Shown here: piece after piece, positions 57,643 to 64,000 of the stretch
How the letters are laid out: each line of letters starts with the position of its first letter
Numbering within the stretch: position 1 is the stretch's first letter
Assembly (NCBI GenBank): GCA_963794415.1
Contig: CAWCDI010000001.1
Span: 830,775 to 894,774 of the forward strand
Origin: an uncultured Actinomycetes bacterium
GTDB lineage: Bacteria > Actinomycetota > Thermoleophilia > Gaiellales > JAICJC01
Reading direction: 5' to 3'
Length of the DNA: 64,000 bases
The notes under the pieces: model-generated
What the model was told of the DNA's origin: nothing
What the model saw: only the letters and a program-made list of their open reading frames with translations
The model's database searches: none
Translations under genes and position numbers: made by a program

Positions 57643-57670
57643 ATATTTAGTGCCTGGCACCGTTTATTCA
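57638..57670. repeat. right 33-bp inverted repeat (internally palindromic)
   Basis: CGTGAATATTTAGTGCCTGGCACCGTTTATTCA. Contains the stop codon (57640-42) of the enclosed gene. Confidence 0.7.
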
Positions 57671-57688
57671 CCGGGTACAGTTCGGCGG

Positions 57689-59008
57689 ATGCGGACGTAC
57701 TCGGTCACAACCTTCGGCTGCCAGATGAACGTGCACGACTCCGAGCGCATCAAGGGCCTGCTCGAGTCGTCGGGGCTGGGGGAGGCGCAGGACGCCTCCG
57801 ACGCGGACGTCATCGTCTTCAACACGTGCACCATCCGCGAGAAGGCCGACGAGCGCCTCGTCCAGCACCTCATGAACGCGCGCGTCGCCAAGCAGCGCGA
57901 TCCCGACAAGCTCATCGTCGTCGGCGGCTGCTGGTCGGAGTCGATGAAGGACACGCTCTTCGAGGAGTACCCGTTCGTCGACTTCGCCTTCGGCCCGGGA
58001 AACATCCACCGCCTGGGCGAGTACATCACCGCCGGCGGCGCCATCCCGCGCGGGCACTTCTCCACGTTCGACAACTTTGCCGGCGAGCTGCCCCTCAAGC
58101 GCGACCGCGAGCACCAGGCCTGGCTCCAGATCTCGACCGGCTGCAACTGCAACTGCGCCTACTGCATCGTCCCCGCCGTCCGCGGCCGCGAGAACAGCCG
58201 CCTGCCGGCCGACCTGCTCGCCGAGGCTTCGGCGCTCGCCGATGACGGCGTCATCGAGCTCACGCTGCTCGGCCAGAACGTGAATGCCTACGGCCGCGAC
58301 CTGCGCCCGGCGATCGACACGAGCTTCGCGAAGCTCCTGCGCGGGCTCGACGCGATCGACGGCATCGGCCGCATCCGCTACACGAGCCCGCACCCCAAGG
58401 ACATGCGCGCCGACGTGATCGCCGCCATGGCCGAGTGCGACGCGGTGTGCGAGCAGCTGCACCTGCCGGTGCAGTCGGGCTCCACCCGCGTGCTCAAGGC
58501 CATGCGCCGCACCTACACCCGCGAGCGCTACATCAAGCTGGTCGGCGACATCCGCGCGGCCATGCCCCAGATCGCGCTCACCACCGACATCATCGTCGGC
58601 TTCCCGGGCGAGACCGACGCCGACTTCGAGGACACGCTCTCGCTCTACGACGAGATCGGCTACGACCACGCGTTCACCTTCGTGTTCTCGCCGCGCCGCG
58701 GCACCGAGGCCGCCCGGATGGACGACCAGGTGCCCGACGAGGTCAAGAAGGAGCGCATCCAGCGGCTCGTCGATCTGGTGCAGCACCACGCTGCGCTGCG
58801 AAACCAGGCCCTCATCGGCACCGTGCAGGAGGTGCTCGTCGAGGGGCCGAGCCGTACGGATCCCGAGGTGCTCCGCGGGCGCACGCGCGGCAACAAGGCC
58901 GTCAACTTCCACGGCGACGCGGCAGCGGGCGACCTCGTGGACGTGGTCATCGACCGCTCCACCAGCCAGACGCTGGCCGGCCGGGTGCACGCGCCCGCCG
59001 CGGTCTGA
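57689..59008 (+). CDS. miaB: tRNA (N6-isopentenyl adenosine(37)-C2)-methylthiotransferase
   Basis: ..TFGCQMNVHDSE.., radical-SAM CNCNCAYC, TRAM domain at the C-terminus. Start ATG 57689. Confidence 0.95.
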   Translation: MRTYSVTTFGCQMNVHDSERIKGLLESSGLGEAQDASDADVIVFNTCTIREKADERLVQHLMNARVAKQRDPDKLIVVGGCWSESMKDTLFEEYPFVDFAFGPGNIHRLGEYITAGGAIPRGHFSTFDNFAGELPLKRDREHQAWLQISTGCNCNCAYCIVPAVRGRENSRLPADLLAEASALADDGVIELTLLGQNVNAYGRDLRPAIDTSFAKLLRGLDAIDGIGRIRYTSPHPKDMRADVIAAMAECDAVCEQLHLPVQSGSTRVLKAMRRTYTRERYIKLVGDIRAAMPQIALTTDIIVGFPGETDADFEDTLSLYDEIGYDHAFTFVFSPRRGTEAARMDDQVPDEVKKERIQRLVDLVQHHAALRNQALIGTVQEVLVEGPSRTDPEVLRGRTRGNKAVNFHGDAAAGDLVDVVIDRSTSQTLAGRVHAPAAV

Positions 59009-59011
59009 TCA

Positions 59012-59914
59012 ATGCTGCCCGCAATCGCGATCTTCGGCCCGACGGCGTCGGGCAAGAGCGCGGTGGCACTCGAGCTGGCCACCCGGCTGAACGGCGAGAT
59101 CCTCTCGTGCGACGCCATGCAGGCCTACCGCGGCCTGCCTGTCCTCACCAACCAGCCGTCTGCCGCTGAGCTCGCCGCCGTGCGGCACCACCTGGTGGGC
59201 ATCTGGCCGCTGGGTCACGAGGGCTCGGTGGCCGAGTTCGGGGCGCTGGCACACGCAGCAGCCGACGACGTGATCGCCCGCGGGCGCCGGCCCGTGTTCG
59301 CAGGCGGCAGCGGCCTCTACCTGCGCGCTGCGGTCGGCGAGCTGCACGCCCGGCCGCAACCCGACCCGCGGCAGCGGGCCGAGATCGGCGCGCTCTACGA
59401 CCGCGATCCGGCCGCGGCGCACGCAAAGCTCCAGCTGGTGGATCCCGCGGTCGGAGCCGCCGTGCACCCCAACGACCGCCGGCGGGTGGTGAGGGGGCTC
59501 GAGCTGCACGCTGCGGGCACCAGCCTCGCGCCCGATGCCGACACCCTGTGGGCCCCGGACACCCGCGTGCCCACGGTGGCGATCGGCCTCGACCTGCCCC
59601 GCGAGACGGGCGACGAGCGGATCGCCGCCCGCACCCGGGCGATGTTCGAGGCCGGGGTGGAGGAGGAGGTGCGCGCGGCCCTTGCAGGCCACGAGCTCTC
59701 GCTCACCGCCGCGCGCATCCACGGCCTCCAGGACGTCACCGCGGTGCTCGCCGGCGAGATCGACCGCGCCGAGGCCATCCGCCGCCTCACCCTGCGCACG
59801 CGCCAGTACGCAAAGCGCCAGCGCACGTGGATGCGGCGGGTCGCGGGCATCACCGTGCTGGACGCCGACCGCCCCGCGGCGGCAGTCGCTGCCGACATCC
59901 AGGAGCTGCTGTGA
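59012..59914 (+). CDS. miaA: tRNA dimethylallyltransferase
   Basis: P-loop GPTASGKS, ..DAMQAYRGL..LTNQP.., ..YAKRQRTWMRR... Confidence 0.95.
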   Translation: MLPAIAIFGPTASGKSAVALELATRLNGEILSCDAMQAYRGLPVLTNQPSAAELAAVRHHLVGIWPLGHEGSVAEFGALAHAAADDVIARGRRPVFAGGSGLYLRAAVGELHARPQPDPRQRAEIGALYDRDPAAAHAKLQLVDPAVGAAVHPNDRRRVVRGLELHAAGTSLAPDADTLWAPDTRVPTVAIGLDLPRETGDERIAARTRAMFEAGVEEEVRAALAGHELSLTAARIHGLQDVTAVLAGEIDRAEAIRRLTLRTRQYAKRQRTWMRRVAGITVLDADRPAAAVAADIQELL

Positions 59915-60315
59915 CCACCCCGCGCAGGGAGAGCGACGCCGTGCGCGAGGCGCGCGACGCGTTCGTGATCGTGGTGGCGTGCCTGCCGATCGTGCTCGCC
60001 GTCTCGGTGCTGGTCGGCGCGGGCACCGACGAGGTGGTGCTCTGGCTCCAGCGGGTCACCGCCCCCGCGGTCATGGCCGCGCTCCTTCTGGGCACGCTCG
60101 CCTCGGCCCTGGTGCTGGCCGACCGGGCCGGCCGCCAGTTCCTGCAGCTGCGCCCGCATCCCATCAGCCGCTGGCCGCTGATCCTCGTGGCAGTGCTCGT
60201 CGGCGTCATCCTCGTTGCCGGCATCCCCACGACGTGGCCCATCGTGATCGGCTGCACCATCGTCTGCGCGGTGCTGGGCAGCATCATCGTGGTCGGCTCC
60301 CTCGTCCAGAGCTGA
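59911..60315 (+). CDS. hypothetical membrane protein
   Basis: 134 aa, about 4 predicted TM helices. GTGA overlap with the miaA stop. No motif recognised. Confidence 0.45.
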   Translation: MTTPRRESDAVREARDAFVIVVACLPIVLAVSVLVGAGTDEVVLWLQRVTAPAVMAALLLGTLASALVLADRAGRQFLQLRPHPISRWPLILVAVLVGVILVAGIPTTWPIVIGCTIVCAVLGSIIVVGSLVQS

Positions 60316-60339
60316 GCGATCTGGATAAGCTGCGGCCCC

Positions 60340-61143
60340 ATGCGATTCGAGAAGTTCCAGGCCGCCGGCAACGCCTATCTGGTGATGGAGGGCGAGGGCC
60401 CGGAGGGCGGCATCCCCGAGCGGCACGTCCAGCGCATCTGCCACGCCGACTACGGCGCGGGCTCCGACGGCATCCTCGAGATCCTGCCGTCGCAGGTGGC
60501 CCACGCCCGCGTGCGCATCTACAACCCCGACGGCGGCCAGGCCGAGTTCTCGGGCAACGGCAGCCGCATCGCAGTCGCCTACCTCTGCCGCCGCGACGGC
60601 CTCGCGGGAGTCAAGATCGAGACGGTGAAGGGCATCGTCGACGGCGCGGTTGACGGCACCTCGGTCACCATCGATGCCGGAGTCGCGGCGCTCGACGGCC
60701 CCGACCACGTCAAGGGCGACGGCCCGCCGCCCGCCGCGGCCTATACCTACGTGAACGTGGGCAATCCCCACTGCGTGATGCGCGCCGACGACGTCGACGA
60801 CCTCGACCTCCCGGCCATCGGGCCTGCGATCGAGCACCACAGCTGGTTTCCCAACCGCACCAACGTGGAGTTCTACCGGCCGCTCGGGCCCAACGACATC
60901 CGCATGCGGGTGTGGGAGCGCGGCGCGGGCGAGACGCTCTCGTCGGGCAGCGGATCCACCGCCGCTGCAGTCGCGGCCGTGACCGCCGGCGACGTGGCGA
61001 GCCCTGTGACAGTCCATACCGACGGAGGCAACCTGGTGATCGAGATCGATGACGCGCTCAACATCCGCATGACCGGGCCTGTAGAGCCCGTGCTCGCCGG
61101 CACCTTCGACGCGGTGTTCGTCGCAGGGCTGGAGCGGCTCTGA
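60340..61143 (+). CDS. dapF: diaminopimelate epimerase
   Basis: ..FQAAGNAYLV.., active-site contexts ..FSGNGSR.. / ..VGNPHCVM.. and ..SSGSGSTAAA... 267 aa. Confidence 0.85.
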   Translation: MRFEKFQAAGNAYLVMEGEGPEGGIPERHVQRICHADYGAGSDGILEILPSQVAHARVRIYNPDGGQAEFSGNGSRIAVAYLCRRDGLAGVKIETVKGIVDGAVDGTSVTIDAGVAALDGPDHVKGDGPPPAAAYTYVNVGNPHCVMRADDVDDLDLPAIGPAIEHHSWFPNRTNVEFYRPLGPNDIRMRVWERGAGETLSSGSGSTAAAVAAVTAGDVASPVTVHTDGGNLVIEIDDALNIRMTGPVEPVLAGTFDAVFVAGLERL

Positions 61144-62309
61144 TGCGGCTCGCCAGACGCGTCTCGGACCTGCCGCCGTACCTCTTCGCCGAGCTCGAGC
61201 GAAAGATCGCCGAGCGCCGCGCCGCCGGCATCGACGTCATCTCGCTGGGCATCGGCGATCCCGACCTGCCGACACCCGACGTGGTGGTGCAGGAGGCCCA
61301 GCGTCAGGTGGCCCTCCCCGACACGCACCAGTACCCGTCCAACCGCGGCCGCGCCGCATTCCGCGAGGCGGTCGCGACGTTCTACCAGCGGCGGTTCGGC
61401 GTCGAGCTCGATCCCGAGACCGAGATCCTGCCGCTCCTCGGCGGTAAGGAGGGCGTCGCCCACGTGTGCTGGTCGATGCTCGACCCCGGCGACGTGTGCC
61501 TGGCCGCCGACCCCGGATACCCGGTCTACACGGGCTCCACGGCGCTCGCGGGCGCCGAGCCGGTGCTCATGCCGCTCCGGGCCGAGAACAGCTTCCAGCC
61601 CGACCTCGAGTCGTTCGGGCCGAAGGTGACCGACCGCGCCAACCTGCTCTTCTGCAACTACCCCAACAACCCCACGGGCGCGGTGATCGAGGACGACTTC
61701 TTCGACCGCCTCGCGGCGTTCGGCCTCGAGAAGGGCGTGCCGATCGTGCACGACAACGCCTACTCCGAGCTGACCTACGACGGGTACGTCGCGCCCAGCT
61801 TCCTGCAGAGCCCCGGCGCCAAGGACGCGGGCATCGAGATGTTCTCGCTCTCGAAGGCCTACAACATGACCGGGTGGCGCGTCGGCGCCGCAGTCGGCAA
61901 CGCCGAGATGATCAGGGGCCTCTGGACGCTCAAGACCAACATCGACTCGGGCATGTTCGATGCCATCCAGATGGCGTCGGTGCCTGCACTCGAGGGCCCG
62001 CAGGACTTCGTGGGCGAGATGTGCGCCGTCTACAAGCGCCGCCGCGACCTGGTCATCGCCGCGCTGGGGGCCGTCGGCATCGACGTGCCGGCACCGAAGG
62101 GCACCATCTACATCTGGGTGCCGGTGCCCGAGGGGCACACCTCGGTGTCGTTCGCCGAGCTCGTGCTGGATCAGGCTGCGGTGGTGGTATCGCCGGGCTC
62201 CGCCTACGGGCCCAACGGCGAGGGCTACGTGCGCCTCTCGCTCACGCTGGCCGACGAGCGCCTGATCGAGGCGGTCGGGCGCATCGAAGAGCACCTTCGG
62301 CTGGGCTGA
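61143..62309 (+). CDS. dapL: LL-diaminopimelate aminotransferase-type class I aminotransferase
   Basis: ..LPPYLFAELE.., ..NYPNNPTG.., PLP-Lys context SLSKAYNMTGWR, ..RLSL... Adjacent to dapF (stop/start overlap). Confidence 0.75.
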   Translation: MRLARRVSDLPPYLFAELERKIAERRAAGIDVISLGIGDPDLPTPDVVVQEAQRQVALPDTHQYPSNRGRAAFREAVATFYQRRFGVELDPETEILPLLGGKEGVAHVCWSMLDPGDVCLAADPGYPVYTGSTALAGAEPVLMPLRAENSFQPDLESFGPKVTDRANLLFCNYPNNPTGAVIEDDFFDRLAAFGLEKGVPIVHDNAYSELTYDGYVAPSFLQSPGAKDAGIEMFSLSKAYNMTGWRVGAAVGNAEMIRGLWTLKTNIDSGMFDAIQMASVPALEGPQDFVGEMCAVYKRRRDLVIAALGAVGIDVPAPKGTIYIWVPVPEGHTSVSFAELVLDQAAVVVSPGSAYGPNGEGYVRLSLTLADERLIEAVGRIEEHLRLG

Positions 62310-62330
62310 GCCGCTCTCTATACTGGCTCG

Positions 62331-63608
62331 ATGGCCGACCTCATCGATCACCGTACCGACGACATCCCCGAGCGGGCGATCATCATCGCGAGCGTCAGCG
62401 CGCCCAACCCCGAGGACGAGAACCTCGAGGAGATGCGCGAGCTGCTGCGCACCGCGCGGGTCAACACCGTCGGCCTCATGGTGCAGCGCCGCCACCGGCC
62501 GGATCCGGCCACCTACCTCGGCAGCGGCAAGCTCGAGGAGCTGAAGGTGTACGCCAAGGAGCACGACGCCGAGGTGATCGTCTGCGACGACGAGCTCACC
62601 CCGCGCCAGCAGCGGCTCCTCGAGGACAAGCTCGAGATGCGGGTGGTGGATCGCACCGCGGTCATCCTCGACATCTTCGCCCAGCACGCCCACACGGCCG
62701 AGGGCAAGCTCCAGGTCGAGCTGGCACAGCTCCAGTACAACCTCCAGCGGATGCGCGGCATGTGGAAGCACCTCGAGCGGCTCGGCGGCGGCGTCGGCAC
62801 CCGCGGCCCCGGTGAGTCCCAGCTCGAGACCGACCGCCGGCTGGCACGCGACCGGGTGTCGCTCCTGCGCTCGCGGCTGAAGGACGTCGAGGGCCACCGC
62901 ACGCTCATGCGCAAGCGCCGCACGCGCCAGGCCGTGCCCACGGTCGCGCTCGCCGGCTACACCAACGTCGGCAAATCGACCCTCCTGAACGCCCTCACCG
63001 GCGCGGACGTGAGCGTGAACGACCGCCTCTTCGAGACGCTCGATCCCACGACGCGGGCGTTTCGCGAGGATGGCCGCTCCTACCTGGTGACCGACACCGT
63101 CGGGTTCATCCGCAAGCTCCCGCACGGCCTGGTCGAGGCGTTCGCAGCCACCCTCGAGGAGACGCTCGCGGCCGACCTGGTGCTGCTGGTGGCCGACGGC
63201 TCGGGCACCGAGGAGCAGCTGATGGATCAGCTCACCGAGGTGCGCGCCGTGCTCTCGGACATCGGCGCCGACGACCTGCCGCAGATCATCGTGCTGAACA
63301 AGATCGACCGGCTCGACGAGGTCGGCCGAAGGCGCCTCGCGAACCGGCTCGGCGACGCAGTGCAGGTCTCGGCGGCCACCGGCGAGAACCTCGAGGAGCT
63401 GAAGGCCCGCATCGCCGAGTTCTTCGCCAACCGGTTCGTGGACGTGCGGCTCCTGATGCCGCACGAGAGCGGCTCCGAGCTCTCCGCGCTCTATGCCAGC
63501 GGCGCGCCGATCACCGAGCGGGAGGACGGCGAGGCCGGCGTACTCGTGAGCGCGCGGCTGCCGCGCGAGCTGCTCGCCCGCTACGACACCTACCGGGTGG
63601 ACGAGTGA
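62331..63608 (+). CDS. hflX: GTPase HflX
   Basis: HflX N-domain (..DELTPRQQRLLE..VVDRTAVILDIFAQHA..), G-domain GYTNVGKSTLLN, DTVGF, NKID. Confidence 0.95.
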   Translation: MADLIDHRTDDIPERAIIIASVSAPNPEDENLEEMRELLRTARVNTVGLMVQRRHRPDPATYLGSGKLEELKVYAKEHDAEVIVCDDELTPRQQRLLEDKLEMRVVDRTAVILDIFAQHAHTAEGKLQVELAQLQYNLQRMRGMWKHLERLGGGVGTRGPGESQLETDRRLARDRVSLLRSRLKDVEGHRTLMRKRRTRQAVPTVALAGYTNVGKSTLLNALTGADVSVNDRLFETLDPTTRAFREDGRSYLVTDTVGFIRKLPHGLVEAFAATLEETLAADLVLLVADGSGTEEQLMDQLTEVRAVLSDIGADDLPQIIVLNKIDRLDEVGRRRLANRLGDAVQVSAATGENLEELKARIAEFFANRFVDVRLLMPHESGSELSALYASGAPITEREDGEAGVLVSARLPRELLARYDTYRVDE

Positions 63609-64000
63609 CCGCGGCGCTGGTGTTCCAGCGTCTCCATCCCGATGCGCGCGTCCCCGTGCGGGCCTACGGCGGTGACGCCGGGCTCGATCTCACGAGCGTC
63701 GAGGAGGCCGTCATCGAGCCTGGTGCGCGCGTGGTGGTGCCGACCGGTCTCGCAGTGGCCATCCCCGACGGCCATGCCGGCTTCGTGCAGCCGCGATCCG
63801 GCCTGGCCGTGAAGCACGGGATCACCATCGTGAACACGCCGGGCCTCATCGACTCGGGCTACCGCGGCGAGCTGAAGGTGGTGCTGCTCAACACCGATCG
63901 CGAGCACGCCTTCGAGGTGCAGCCGGGCGATCGCATCGCCCAGCTCGTGATCGTGAAGCTGCCCGACGTGGAAGTGGTGGAGGCAGACGAGCTGCCGGGC
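63605..64000 (+). CDS. dut: dUTP diphosphatase (3' end outside window)
   Basis: My translation from GTG 63605 gives ..YGGDAGLDL.., ..RSGLAVKHGITIVNTPGLIDSGYRGEL.., ..GDRIAQLV... GTGA overlap with hflX. The frame is open to the window end, so it is absent from the ORF track. Confidence 0.9.
   Translation, partial: MTAALVFQRLHPDARVPVRAYGGDAGLDLTSVEEAVIEPGARVVVPTGLAVAIPDGHAGFVQPRSGLAVKHGITIVNTPGLIDSGYRGELKVVLLNTDREHAFEVQPGDRIAQLVIVKLPDVEVVEADELPG

Noticed and set aside
57655-57670. Sigma-54-like element TGGCAC-N5-ATTCA within the right inverted repeat (and on the opposite strand of the left repeat).
   Set aside because: The -24 GG/TGGCAC part matches, but the -12 element lacks the conserved GC (ATTC instead of TTGC). 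The TGGCAC arises automatically from the GTGCC-N-GGCAC palindrome. No enhancer-binding-protein gene is nearby.

Overview
High-GC (about 70% by eye, not computed), very gene-dense segment, almost all on the + strand, with many 4-nt ATGA/GTGA stop-start overlaps. All family calls come from motif recognition in the supplied translations; no database search was possible. The content is mostly core housekeeping. In order: pyrK-pyrD, mihF-gmk-rpoZ, coaBC, a MoxR/DUF58/transglutaminase triad, dtd, rimP-nusA-ylxR-infB, then an antisense antiporter, DUF503-rbfA-nrnA-truB-ribF, rpsO-pnp, an M16 peptidase, dapB-dapA-rnj, ctaB, ftsK, cinA-recA-recX-rny, an OmpR/HK pair, miaB-miaA, dapF-dapL, hflX and dut. 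mIHF, pnp-M16-dapB synteny and a TCGAAC-N4-GTTCG SOS box point to Actinomycetota. RNase Y plus RNase J plus a DapL-type aminotransferase suggest a deep-branching lineage such as Thermoleophilia or Rubrobacteria (inference only). The one clearly accessory stretch is about 45.2-57.7 kb. It holds a LacI-macro domain pair and a divergent cluster of amidohydrolase, CDO-like cupin, Zn-ADH, peptide-type ABC importer, Fae homologue and enolase-superfamily enzyme. It ends with a small VOC-like gene bracketed by 33-bp inverted repeats (29/33 identical). I saw no rRNA, tRNA, CRISPR, transposase or integrase, and no convincing novel multi-gene defence-type system. Four genes (pyrD, infB, amidohydrolase, ABC permease) have single-nucleotide frame breaks at short G/A/GC runs. 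These are most likely assembly indels, because the essential infB is affected. Other points worth a second look: an intrinsic-terminator-like hairpin in the rimP-nusA leader, a 4-TM CtaA-like extension on CtaB, 11-bp-phased hexamers upstream of the two-component operon, a LacI-type operator next to an apparent ATC start codon, and many -10-like hexamers 6-8 nt before start codons (leaderless mRNAs).
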